From positions 42,348,001 to 42,412,000 of the forward strand of contig NC_045696.1 of NCBI RefSeq assembly GCF_009834535.1: a DNA stretch of 64,000 nt, in the 5' to 3' direction. Source of the stretch: Camelus ferus (taxonomy: Eukaryota). The notes below the pieces were generated by a model. It searched no databases and was not told the DNA's origin. It saw only the letters and a program-made list of their open reading frames with translations. The position numbers and the translations under genes are program-made. This document shows, piece by piece, positions 1-12,077 of this stretch. Numbering within the stretch: position 1 is the first letter of the stretch; every line of letters starts with the position of its first letter.

Positions 1-16
1 CTTGTGGGGTCTAGGA

Positions 17-187
17 CAATGCTTCATAAAATTTAATGTGCAGGTGAGTCACCTGGATGTCTCGTCAAGGTGCAGATTCTGATTCAGCAGATCTGCAACT
101 GGGCCTGAGGTCCTGCATCTCTAGCAAGCTCCCGAAGATGCTAATGCTGCTGGCCCGCTGACTGCACTTGGAATCATGAGGTGCTAG
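17..187 (+). mobile_element. MER5A1-like hAT-Charlie MITE
   Basis: tgcagattctgattcagcag...gggcctgagg...tgcatctctagcaagctccc...gatgctaatgctgctgg matches the MER5 core. Confidence 0.75.
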
Positions 188-1042
188 GGCACATATTTGA
201 TTTACACTTTGGTCAGTTTTTGCACAGAAAAGCCATCCTCCATCACTACAAAACATTCTTAAATTCTGCCAACTGTGATATTACGCTATCAGCCCAGGTA
301 AGAGTGGATGAAACACTGCATAAAGATCTTTTCTGAGGCTAGAAAAACAGCTCAATACATGCTGATAGGCAGTTGGTGGTCCTGTGTTTACATTATCAGT
401 GGAAAACAGTACACAGGTTAGAGCAGCATATGCAGAGGCAGGCAAACACAGGATTTGCTGGCTCATGTCAAGCCCATCTCTGATGATCAAGGTGGAGGAA
501 CTGTGAATAACTCTGGTTTAGGAATCCAGACCAACATTCTTGATCCAAGTCCCCCTTGAGTGGCTAACTTGCTATAGGGGATGCATTACATTTCTTTGAG
601 CCTCATGTTTCATCTTCAGATATGATCCGTGTTTGCAGAAGAACAGACGTCCTTCTACTCTTCTTTTTAACACAGGTATTTGCAACTCCTGGATGTGTGG
701 GATGAGCTGCCAGCTCCTTAATCACAACCAGCAAGGCTATACTCAGAGAAGGAGTGACTGCTTTGTAGAAAAAAGAATCAACTCAAACATAATAGTAACA
801 CACGTTTTGTGCTTCAGGGTTTTGTAGATTCACTTACTTAAATCCCAGTCTGCTAATCCTGTGAGTGAATGTGAGTGTGAGTGTGAGTGTAAGGACACTT
901 GGCCCAGTGCAAAGCAGGTACTTAACAAATTCTTGACAATAGAGTTGATGATAGTAGAAAGCACTGTGTGACTGAAGCCCAGAGCCAGGCACACAGTAGG
1001 TGCACAACAAGCAGCAGTCAGCAGGACGGGCGGGCTGGGTGC

Positions 1043-1084
1043 ATGGTGGGTCTGCGGCCGCTGCAGGTTCCTTCTCTCTCTGAG
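1043..1084 (+). other. Candidate alternative first exon (ATG to donor, MVGLRPLQVPSLSE); true 5' end unknown
   Basis: Local CpG cluster with GC box GGGCGGG (1028-1034) and NotI site (1054-1061); ATG at 1043; strong donor GAG|GTGAGC in phase 0, in frame with exon 6360-6406. Confidence 0.35.
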
Positions 1085-2189
1085 GTGAGCTCGCTCCATC
1101 AGCAGAGAAGCTGCTTTGTCCCCGCTGTGATCACCCAGCATTCCTACAGCCGCATGTCCATCTTCCAGGCTTTCTCTCCTCCTCTGCTTCTCAACATTTG
1201 CAAATCTACTAAAATGCTCCCTTGAGCCTTGTGGGCTGGTAAGAAAGGTCTGTGTCCTCACAACCACATGCACGTGACAAGTGAGCCTGGGTTATTCCGG
1301 TTTGTCAAGCTTTTCTTCAGCTCTCAGTAGGATCAGTAAAATTATGACCTTAAACCATAACTTTCCAGTTAATAATAATCTCTTTATTGTTGACACAATA
1401 AAACAAACCAGTAGGAAAAAAATCAAGGGCCAGCCATGCCTTTGCTTGGATAAGTGTGGCCATTTGAGTCAGCACACACTTGTGGACATTTAAACAAAGA
1501 GAATTAGGAATGGAGATGACCAATAAGGCTTAAGTATGAACTGTCTGGAGCCTCCATAATCTCGGACTTAAAAATAAATTTTAGGTAGTTCTCACAAGGG
1601 ATTTCACTCTCTTTTCTTCCTATTCTGCTCCCCTTGTATAAAAGAAAGTGATTACTTTGGTAACTGATGTAAGAAAAATTAGTTAAAATATTTTTTGATT
1701 TTAACAGCTAAAATAATGGTCCATCTCTCCTTTTCTGTTTGTCTCTGCGTTGATAAAGTCTTGTTACTGTTGACATTAGGATGCTCTAGGTTTGAAGGAG
1801 CCACTAGATTCTAGTCAGTAACTTATCATTCGCTGACAAGTTTCTCAGATAACACCAAGCCAATTAATCCTAGCCTGATGAGCTTTTGACAGAGGTTTTC
1901 TTTTAACGATAACACAGCCTAAGTTTATGCAGCTTCTTCCCTTAAGGAATTCAGCCTGATCTTCCTTTCATACTTAATAATGTAACCTGGTCCTCCAGCT
2001 GCCTTCCCTAGCTCAGTTTACAGCTATGTCTCAACCAGGGCAACTGCACCAGAAACTCCAGAGTGGGGCCAGTGTGCGTTTTAACAGGAACCACAGGCCA
2101 TTCTGATGCTTGAGAAGCAGGGTTTGCACGACCACTCCCCACTAGGTTGTTTAAACAGAAACATGGAAGGAATTCTTTCTAATTCCTTT

Positions 2190-2685
2190 CCTTTACACCC
2201 CACGTTAAATTCATCTGCTCAAACCTCAGGCATAGCTCTCAAAAATCCTTTTCCTTCTCTACTTTCACATTCGCTGCCTTAAGTCAAGTCTTCCTAATTT
2301 TCCTCTTGTTCTGTGGCAGTGGCCTCCAGTCAGGCCTCCCTGCTTCCTTTCTCCCTTCTCTGGTCCAGGCTCCATACTGTAACCGGATTGACGCACGTGG
2401 GGTAATGCCCCTCACAGCACAGGTAACCTTCTTTCTGGGACTTTATATCAGCCCCTCCCTGTCCAACTTTCTCAGCATGATTAATTCCTTCCTGTCTGTA
2501 TTCCCAAGGGACCAAGTACGTAGTTCTGATATAGCACTTACCATGGAGTTAAATTTATGAATTCACGTGTCTGCTTTCTCAAAGAGTTTAAAATCTCTGA
2601 GGGTAAGGGTCAGTTTTACTCATCTTTGTGTCTCCTGTTCTTGGTGCTTAGTAAACTGCTCTATAGCTATGTGTTGGATTGTATG
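2190..2685 (+). mobile_element. LINE-2 3' region, decayed
   Basis: ggcctccagtcaggcctccctgcttcc...tctctgagggtaagggtcagttttactcatctttgtgtctcc typical of the L2 3' end. Confidence 0.65.
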
Positions 2686-2904
2686 TGTCATTTCCCCCCC
2701 TTTGATATGTAAAGCAGAAACTGCCATCTCTTTATCACAGAAGAAGGGAAAGTTCTTGCCCCAGAATCACAAGCAGGCCAGGCAATGGCCTCAGGAGGAA
2801 CAGGACCGTAGACCGCCGGTGGTGCTGAAAAACTGACCTTGGTGCTGAGGCAAATAACAGCTCTCTCCCCTTCCCAGAGATTGACTGTGTTGTTTCCCAC
2901 CCCA

Positions 2905-3595
2905 CTTGCTTATGAGCTTCTGGAGGGCAAGGACCATGTCTCTCTCTCTCTCTTTTTTTTTTTCCTTGTGTCCCCATATCCTAGTAGTAACAGTTTCCCA
3001 TTGTTGCTGTAACAAATTATCATTCACTTAGTGGCTTAAAACAACACAAATTTCTTATCTTACAATTCTGGAGATCCAAAGTCTGAAGCTTGGCTAACTA
3101 GGCCACAGTCAGGTCTTGGCAGGGCTGAGTTCCTTTTTGGAAACTCTAGGGGAAAATCCACATTCTTTTCTCTTCCAGCTTCTAGAGCTGCCCACATGCC
3201 TTGGCTTGTGTGGCTTCCTTCCTTGTGGCTTCCTTCCATCTTCGAAGCCAGCAATGGCTGGTTGAGTCTTTTCTGCACTCATCACTCTGACATTTTCTCC
3301 TTTGCCTCCCTTCCCCATTTATAAGAACCCTTGTGATTATACTGGATCTACACAGATAATTCAGGATGATCTTTCCATCTCCAGGTCAGCTGATTCACAA
3401 ACTTAATTCCACCTGCAGCCTAATTTCCCCTTGCCATTTAGCCAAACGTATTCATAGGTTCTGGAAATAAGGACCCGGATGTCTTTTTTGGTGTGTGTAT
3501 GTGTATCTGTGTGGCCTTATTCTACCCGTCACACTGGCGTAGAGTCTGGCTCATATTAGGAGATAAATAAAATTTGCAGAATGAGGGTGACCTGG
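2905..3595 (+). mobile_element. LINE-2 3' terminus split by an MLT1D LTR
   Basis: tgagcttctggagggcaaggaccatgtc...tgtccccatatccta before the LTR; ggcgtagagtctggctcatattagg...aataaaatttg after it. Confidence 0.65.
2986..3533 (-). mobile_element. MLT1D-like MaLR solo LTR
   Basis: gctgtaacaaattatc...gtggcttaaaacaacacaaattt...ttccagcttctagagctgcccac...ttattctacccgtcaca; degenerate 5-bp TSD ctagt/ctggc. Confidence 0.85.
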
Positions 3596-3748
3596 CTTCA
3601 GGTCTCAGGGCAGTTAGAACAACTGTGGAAGCAATGGTGATTGGGGGGTGGTGAGGGTGAGGGAGACACTCCCTGATAGTGGAAGGCTCCAGTGATGGGG
3701 CCTGGTTTTGCTATTGGTGGCCAGTAAGAAAGAATGACTGTAAGGCGA

Positions 3749-3970
3749 TTTCTCCAGCTCTGTTCTTTCTCCAGATTGTTTTGGCTCTTTGGGGTCTTTT
3801 GTGTTTCTGTACAAACTTTAGAATTATTTGTTCTAGTTCTTTGAAATATGCCACTGGTATTTTGATAGAGATTGCACTGAGTCTGTAGATTGCCTTGGGT
3901 AGTATGGTCACTTTAATGATATAGATTCTTCCAATCCAAGAACATGATATATCTTGCCTTCTGTTTCTGT
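3749..3970 (-). mobile_element. Internal L1 ORF2 fragment
   Basis: Minus-strand peptide [55 protein letters not shown] is the L1 ORF2 post-RT region. Confidence 0.9.
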
Positions 3971-4023
3971 AGATGACAGATTTTTATACATATAAATGAT
4001 TTTGAAATCTTCTTGCCCGGCCA

Positions 4024-4145
4024 CTCCTCATCTCACAGATGGGATTTTTGAGTGTGAAAAGATTAAGTGAATTGTCCCACATAGATACACAGCTAATTCT
4101 TACTAGAATCCAGTTTCCAAGCTCAGAGTTTCATGCTGTTTTCAC
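4024..4145 (-). mobile_element. MIR SINE fragment
   Basis: ctcatctcacagatggg...gattaagtgaattgtcccac...acacagcta core. Confidence 0.6.
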
Positions 4146-4664
4146 ATACAAACTCTAGAATCAGAATTTACGGAGAATAGTAACAATCTGCTAAGTCCAC
4201 ACCTGCTTTAAACAGAACCAAATATATTTGAAGCATCCCAGACATGTAATGATACCTCTTGACAAAGGATTCCAAAGGAGGTGATATGATTCTTTAGTGC
4301 TTCAGCTTCAATTTCAATTGATATCTGTTGACATTTTGAATAATAATTATCCTTACCTTTCTTGGATAGGTATTGATTATGGTCTGAAGTGCCATTTTTC
4401 ATAGGCCTGTGGACTCCTGTTTTGGACTGAGGGACCAAGGACAAGGACCTCAGGGGTCACACCATCTTTGCACCAGGGTAGGGATTGGGAGCAGGGCTAA
4501 AAGGACCACTGGTGGGTTGAACATCAAGACAGATTTGACATGGGCTTCCCGTATGACTACGTGAAGAATACGAGTGTGGTGCATGGATGAAGAGCTACTA
4601 GGTTGCTTGAGGCTGTCTCAGAAAGGGGTGAGGTTCTGGCATCACCTCCTTCCAGAACTAAACA

Positions 4665-4790
4665 TGGAATCACAGAATGTTAGAGCTGGAAGACACTTTG
4701 GACTTTATCTTGTTCAACCTGACATTTTACATTTATGAACTCAGGCTCAGAAAGATGGCTTGCCCAAGAACATACAGCTATTCAGTTCAG
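4665..4790 (-). mobile_element. MIR3/MIR fragment
   Basis: gaatcacagaatgttagagctggaag...cattttaca...aggctcagaaag...gcttgcccaag. Confidence 0.65.
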
Positions 4791-5011
4791 GCTTAGAGCT
4801 TGGAAGCTCCAAAGTGTCATAACTATTATTTGCTTTTATTTGTTTTTATTTATTTTCTATCTTTGCTACTTCTAGGTTTTTATCTACCCCACTCAGTTAT
4901 TGACACAACACACACACACACCTTTGCTCCCCTACCAAATTACTGGCATTGTTAGTGATGCTGATAGCCAAGGTCCAAATCCACAAAAAAGTTTTGAGTG
5001 CTTCTTGTGGA

Positions 5012-5150
5012 GGTACTGTGATAAAGTAGAGAGATCACTGAATTTGGAGTTAGAAGACCAGGGCTTGCCTTCAGGCTCTCACATACTCATAAATACAGGG
5101 GAATCAGCTTTTCTGGGCCTTGGTGTCCTCATCTGTAAAATGCAGATAGA
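5012..5150 (+). mobile_element. MIR SINE fragment
   Basis: ttggagttagaagacc...tctgggccttggtgtcctcatctgtaaaatg. Confidence 0.7.
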
Positions 5151-5321
5151 GAGTTACAGGTGAAAACAGAGGATGAATGGCTTAGGGTCTTCTGAGGGTG
5201 AGGCTAGGACAGTGAGGTCCAGTGATTATGTTGCCAGAAGTTTGGCTACCTTGAGAGCTGCCTGTGAAGTGCTTTGTATACTCTGGAGTGCTCCACAAAT
5301 ATATTGTATTAATATTACTCC

Positions 5322-5760
5322 CACATACTGGGCACCATGGTGAATACAGGACAACTGTTGCCTGAGCTATAGTCCTTGCCTCCAGTAAAGTTGTACTAAA
5401 GTTATAACTTCAGAGCATGAGAGGGCAGCATATGCTGAATGGCCAGTGAATGACAAGGACAAATAGTTAGAAGTGAGATGACTATGCAGTGGGCCAACTG
5501 GGGGAGATTAGAAGAGTTAAGACTTGAGCTGGGTCATGAAGGAAATGTAGCAGACAGGAGGGGACCGTCTTAGCAGGTGGGATACATTGAACCAACACAT
5601 GGAAAAGTTCCAAGAGTGGTGAGTATGCAAAAGAAGAGATGAGTGAGGAAAACGTTCACAACAGTAGGATCGAGTCATGGTGGGTGTTTACACCGAAGCC
5701 TCCCATCTTATTGTGCAGGCAGTAGGGAGCCGCATGTGACTTTCGAGGAGGGTTAATTTG
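5322..5760 (-). mobile_element. LINE-2 fragment
   Basis: tagtccttgcctcc...gacttgagctgggtcatgaagga...aggcagtagggagcc. Confidence 0.55.
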
Positions 5761-6359
5761 TCCAAAGTGGTGGCCAAGGAATGCCCGCTTTGCAGAGGTG
5801 TAGGTTGGTTTACCGCAGAGAGCATAGGCAGAGAGAGCTGCTTGTTCTTTTCTCTTCCTCAGCACTTTGGAGGCATTTGTGCTGCTGGCCTTCAACAACG
5901 ACTCTTTAAAAAGGGTTGAGATTATACCAGGCTCCACTTGGAAGTGATCTCTGGAACGCCTCTGTCTCCATCTCTGCAGAGGCCTGTGAGCCCTTCTCCT
6001 TACTAAGCTGCACAAAACCACAGGGCTGATTGCCTTGTCTTAGTTTTGGGCCAGATGACTTTAATGACTTACATTATAGAGCAACTGACAACAGAAAGAT
6101 CATTTTTTCCCCCCGAAGTGCAAGGATAGGACATAGAACCTTGACTTTTCATAAGAGAAAAAGAGAAGAGACCTATTAAGGTCACTGAATCCATTCCTGA
6201 CAGAGGAGGATTTTTCCCTTCTCTGCATGTTTGCTGTGTTTTATACACTCGCATGTAACTGTCTGAGCCATGGCTGTTTTACCACTCCTAGTGGAAGACT
6301 TTTTAATAGATTAATTTTTTCACTCACCACCATTGACATTTTTCTTCTTTTTCAACCAG

Positions 6360-6406
6360 AGTGTTCACATAGTAGAAAGCTTGGTGATGCCCCTGATGCC
6401 CATTAC
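6360..6406 (+). CDS. SOX6: 47-nt internal 5' exon, open as SVHIVESLVMPLMPIT (ATGs at 6387 and 6396); may be partly 5'UTR; tentative SOX6 N-terminal extension exon
   Basis: Branch-like TTGAC (6333-6337), polypyrimidine tract and CAG acceptor (6357-6359), donor TAC|GTAAGG, unique flanks with upstream TGCATG. The exon is well supported by sequence; the gene name is from recollection. Confidence 0.5.
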
Positions 6407-7648
6407 GTAAGGAGCGGTATTGGAGTGAATATGGGAGTCATGTGTTGATGACTCAGGCACCACTACCTTAAAATCTATAATCAGTGAAAATATATTATTT
6501 ATTTATATTTTGAACTATCTTCTTCCAAAAGCAGACTAGTCACCAATCCAGGATCAAATCAGGAAGAAAAGAATTAATGTGCTTCCAATCACTGAAATGA
6601 CACATGAATATAAACATAATGGAGAAAGAGAAGAATAATTTAGTGGGATTTTATTTTTATTCAAATCAAAAAATGGAGAGAGATAGAGTGCTTCATTTTC
6701 TGTATAATTAAAGAGGGTTTTGAGTTGGAGAACACTGCTCTGTAATTCATACAATGCACCTCTTCCCCCTTAGAAATCGTCAAGGCCTTTGGCTTAGATT
6801 TAAATAATGACAACTTCATAAAGACTTCACAAATGTTTAAAATCAGAAAAATTCTTGAAATGCATTCAGACTCAAATAGACTTCCCTTTATTCTGTATTA
6901 CTTTAATTTTTTCATCATATTGATCATTCTTTCTAGCCCTTTCTTATTTATCAATTTACAAGCCTAAGTCTGTGTGTTGGTTGCCTCATCTGAAAAGTGA
7001 GGATGTTGTTAGGAAAATGTGGTTAAATGATAATGAATATCTTATAGTTTCAAAGTGCTCTACATACTATTATTAACAGAAATTAATTCATGGTACTCTA
7101 TTCCTGATGAAAGGCTTTGTCAACTGGAGAACACTTCTAAATGTTAAGAAATGAAGCCTCGGAGAGAATAGATTCTTATTAATTATTATTATTAATATTG
7201 TTTTCTGATGCTTGTGTGACCTTTGGCAAGTCACAGAAATCCTCTCTCCATGCCGTACACCTGGGCCTCTTCTGAAGAGGTGTGCTTACCTCCACAAATC
7301 CAGACACCTGACTCACAACATTCCTTTGCCATTGAGATCTGAGAAAGAGCAAATTAAAGGATAGTTATTTATTACACTGTTTGTGCCATGAGTTGGCATC
7401 TCAGGTGGGTGCTCCTGACCCCATACCCATCTCACACCCAGGGAAAGCAGCATCAATGCCACGTCTCCACGCACTTACACAGTTTTGCTTAGCTTGACCT
7501 TGAGACTAGGGCTCCAAGCCCAGCTGGCCACCGATGGCCTCAGGCTGTCCATTGTGATTCAAGACATTTGTTCCTTAGGCAACTCTTCTGTGGCTGTCTG
7601 TCGCCCTTTTGGCATCAAGCAGCCGAACATGGTGGAGGCAGGAGCGGG

Positions 7649-7800
7649 ATGAAGATGTCGAGCACTCCAGATCTGCTGAAAGAGCGAGCCGCAGCTCAGA
7701 GAGCTTTCTACCGTGAGCCTCATGTTTACCACGTAGCTGTTACGAAGAGCCAAAGGGCTAAAGGTCAAAAGGCTTTTACACTATTAACTGCTATGGGGAG
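7649..7800 (+). other. Candidate alternative first exon or CpG-retaining regulatory element (50-codon ORF MKMSSTPDLL...TAMG)
   Basis: About 9 CpGs within 7600-7745; ORF open up to a moderate donor GAG|GTAACA in phase 2. Confidence 0.3.
7755..7767 (+). promoter_or_regulatory. DR1-type nuclear receptor motif
   Basis: GGGCTA-A-AGGTCA; motif match only. Confidence 0.3.
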
Positions 7801-9339
7801 GTAACATTGATTGAGGGTCTACCTTCAACAGCAACCTTCTGATTTTCCTTTTTAGTTTCTATTTATTAGATTTTCAATGAAGCAGAAATAACCTTTGTTG
7901 CTCAGTGAATGTTGATACCATCTGCATGGCTTCCTAAGCACTCCAGGAGATGTCTTTGATACGCTCATGTAGGTAGTTCCAAGCTAGTCCAGGGAGAAGC
8001 TGGGGAGAGCAATATTTGGCAATGGAAGGAATTAGAAAATGTACCAGGCCTACAAATCTACCATAATGGAAATTAAAGAATCTTGGATTCTAGGGAGAAG
8101 TGGTAAAATGCTCCTTTTACCAAAATGAAAATTGAACCTTGCGGAGCCCTGGTTTGGAAAGCTTTTTCTGAGCTTCATAGTTCTTTTGTTTCACTTCTTA
8201 GCAAAGGAGAGAGAAATCAGTATGCCATAAGCAGTTTCTAAGAACAAGAGAAAGCATGAGTAGAATTTCAAAAAACCTTTTTGTTTTTTGGTGGAAACTT
8301 TTTAGAGACATTTTGAGAGAATCAAGTGGCTTAGAAAGAACTGATTATTCTAAGTTACAGTTTAGAGAACAGAGACAGAAGCTGAGAAAGGAAGCCCCAT
8401 CACATAAATGCTGGAGACCAAATGGATTGAGAATAAACTAGAAGGACTATTTTTTTTCTAAGTCAGAAGTTTATTTTCACATGAAGTGTTGGATTAAATC
8501 AGAGGAGCAAAATCCTTAAATACAATATTTTAAACTTCAAAATAAAGCAAAACCCAAAGCATACTCAAAGAAGTGATTTTCTGTGATAGTCTAAGAAAGT
8601 GATGTACTATGTTTAACAGTTTTTACTTGTGTAATTAGTTCAGATTTTTCAACTGCTCTGTAGCCTCTGGCTGCTGAGAACCTATTGAAAATCTTCTTTT
8701 CAACCTTCACTAGTGACTCTGATAGCTTGCCCGTCTTGTGTCTCGTATAAATAAGGCATTGCAGATGGCTGGAATGTCAGTGCTGGCTGTTGCTTGTCTT
8801 AAGACTGGTGTTGAAGAGTAGGGCATGGAGACTTGTGAAACCCTTTGAAAAGACTTCAACATTAGCAAGAGACACATGACACTTGGCACGATCAATTGGT
8901 CACAGATATTGCTTCTTTAGCATCTCCTTTGACCCACTGACCATCTACCAAGATGTTTTTTCCTGACCCAAGCCAGTTCCTCAAATTCCACATCATGTAA
9001 GAATAGAGAAAGGATTAAGACTACGAGTTCCCCCAAGTTTTCTCCAGTGTTTGCTTTTCTTATTGAGTTATCTTTTATGTTTTTTAAATGTATAATCACA
9101 CAAGTGAAAAACAAGCAAAATCAAAAAGGAACTAAGTGACAGATCTTACAGGAGATTAGCACACACCCTTCCTTCCCAACTCATCCAGACGCAAATTATC
9201 TTTCAAGGCTGCCCTGTTCAACATTTTCTGGGCAGCCTTTCTGAGACCGTTCCAGAAACCCCCTCTGCACTTTTCCTTCTCTTAATTCTTATTTTATTAA
9301 GAATCTGCCCCACACCACTAGGACCAGTTTAAGTCACAT

Positions 9340-9483
9340 CCTTCCTAATCTCTTGTAGGTATATATAAAGTAGTCCTATATCTCAACTTGAAATTGTAAG
9401 CTCTGTGAGGGCAAGGACATCTTATACTTCTCTTCTCTACCAGCACATTGTAGGTACGTAATACGGGCACTTGAATGCTGTTA
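9340..9483 (+). mobile_element. LINE-2 3' terminus
   Basis: attgtaagctctgtgagggcaaggac...ccagcacattgtaggtacgtaatacgggcacttg. Confidence 0.7.
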
Positions 9484-10919
9484 AGGACTGCAGAAGCGGA
9501 GAAAGTCCTCAGAGATAAGGATTCATATATTCTCAATGCATCTTACTAAGCGGTAGAGGCATGTGATAACATATTAAATATCATAGGGCCATGAAATTGA
9601 AGGAAACGTTTCTCAGATTCTACAGAATCCCCATCCTTTCAGTTTTATTCCTGAACTATGTCTCCTCCTGCTGTAAGTAGCACATTACTGGGCTAGACAT
9701 GATTCTCCCATTTAAAAGCAACTGTTCTGAATCAAGGAAAACAAAATTAAGTAAATTCTGAGAAGGGAATGAGCAAAAGTAACAGGCTCAACATCCTTCT
9801 GTTGGGGGATTAAAGCATTAATCATCCTATTATCTGCTATTTTGAACTTCGGCAAAGTTGCTGGAGGTCCACAGGAATTAGTTCCAATTAAAGAACTTTA
9901 GACCTTTCCCTCTTAGATCACTCACTGTTTTGGATTAAAAGAAGATGATGATGATAGCATGGTCCCGATAGTCTAATTGCAGTTACTTTTCTTTTTGCTA
10001 AGAAATTGTAGAAAAGGTCACTTCAGATTTTAAAAATTAAGAGCTTCATTGTCAGAAAGTATTACTAATGCATTTAATTACTGTTTTAGAGTATCAAGAA
10101 GGTCTAAAGACAGGCATTTTATTTTAATACTTGCGATTCAATTGCATTAGTGACATTTGCTAATAACCTAAGGAAGTTACCTACTGTGGTGGTGAGTTTC
10201 GAGTTGTAAAGTTTAGCATTTTGATGTGGGATGCCAGGACTGTGTATAATGCACATAAAGGAGCAAGAATCAATGAACATGTCAATTTTAAAATGTTAAA
10301 AACCTGAAATATTCCCCAGTAACTCCGTTAGAAAAGACAAAATGTAATGGACAGTTGCAGTTATTTCTTGACAGACTGCCCAATAGCTTCTGTGGCAGAA
10401 TTGCCACAATGCACATTTAAAAAGTTAGGAGAATCCTGGCAGATTGAGGTTGGCAGGTAAACTAATTCTGTAAAGTGGTAAATATGGCTAGGTTAATTGC
10501 TGAAGCTGCATTATCTTTCAGAGCTGTGCTTCCTTACCTGATGCATTGATTAAAATATAAAAATTTCAGTGTCCTTCCAGCCTTTAGAGAACTACCTTGT
10601 ATGGTCAAGAAATATTAGATAGTTAATTATTCAGTTTTTGATATTTTTCAGTTATTCCTCAACCATCTTCCTGGACAGTGAGATGGAAGCTCAGTGTCTC
10701 ACTACCAGATGTTAGATTTATTTGTGCATACTATTAAAGCCCTTGGTGGTCAGTTTGCTTAGTTGTTTGGAGAAGGAAGAAAGATGACTCAGTTTAGAAG
10801 TTTCCACTTATTCCAGTGTGGGGCTTTAGCTCAAAGACAGTGGTCTTAAGTCTACTACAGAGATAAATCTGTTTATTGTGTGGAGTGGGATTTTATGAAT
10901 ATATATTGAAAAAGTTGCT

Positions 10920-11400
10920 TTATTTTTCTGATCATGAAAGTAGCATGTTCATTATAGAAAATTTGGGTTGTGAAAGAAAACTAAATTACTGAAAATCTTT
11001 TCATATGAAGAAAACCATTAACATTTTAATTTTACTTTTTCGCTTTTTCTGTGCAGAGGTTTTTTTGTATACAGTTTTCCACCTGTATGTTTAGTTTTGG
11101 ACATTTTTTTTAAGCTTAACATTATAACCTAAGAATGTTCCTGTGTTCGTTCAAATAATTAATGGACGTGTGGGTTCTATTGAGTAGGTGTTCCATAGCT
11201 TACCTAGTCATTATCATATTGTTGAATATTTGAATTTCTCAACTGAAAAAATTTTTACTTTTCAAGTGGAAACGTTTACAATTTTTCACTATTTTAGTAG
11301 AGGTGCAATAGAAATCTTTGTGAGCATGTCTTTTTCTTGTATTTTGGAGTACTTTTCTAGGGTTGATTTGCTAGAGTAGAGTTTTTAATCAAAGGGTATG
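10920..11400 (-). mobile_element. Ancient L1 (L1ME-like) 3' end
   Basis: ttttctgatcatgaaagtagcatgttcattatagaaaatttgg...ctagagtagagtttttaatcaaagggtatg. Confidence 0.6.
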
Positions 11401-12077
11401 ATAATACAATGAGATGATAAAATGGAAGTTTTGGCTGAGATAGCAAGGTACAAGAAATAATATATTCCACAGGATATATCAGACAAAATGCCAAATTTTA
11501 AGGAGATTATTAAAAGCCAGTCACATTTGTCTTAATTCTCTTATAAGAGTATAAAAGGGCCATGATTTGAATATTAGATGGAATTTTGAGGGGAAGTTCT
11601 TTGCTGTGAGTCCCCCTTCTTCCCTTCAAGGAAATGAATGGGGTGTGCCTGTACCTTGCCTCACCTCAGAGCATTTAATAATGCCCCATGGGTTTGAGTG
11701 ACATTTGGACCAGTTTCTGACTCATACCTGAGAAATCTAAGAGGTGGGTGACAAGATAAATGCTATGATGAGGGCACAATGGAGAAATTGTCAAAAGGGG
11801 AAAATCTGAACTCCCAGAATTTGTCCAGGAAAAGATATGTGGAAGCTTCTCAGGAGCCACACGTTAGAGAGACACCCAACATGGCTTCATCCTCAGTCCT
11901 GTCCAACGGATGCTAATTGACATTGCAGCAGACTTTTCTAGGCTGAAAAGGTAAACGGCAATCCTGAAAAAGATAGGTTTGCTGTTGTTGAGGACACTGC
12001 AGGTCTCTGAGCAGCTATGAAAGAGAAAGGAGGAATAGAGAAAACAGATCTGGTTACACAAGAAGCAAACATTAGAC

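Noticed and set aside
676..860. Possible exon between acceptor cacAG (675) and gtgagt (861)
   Set aside because: The donor comes from a (gtgagt/gtgtga) simple repeat with a poor exonic context
830..1273. 147-aa minus-strand ORF
   Set aside because: No recognisable domain, includes simple-repeat-encoded HSHSHS, no supporting splice structure
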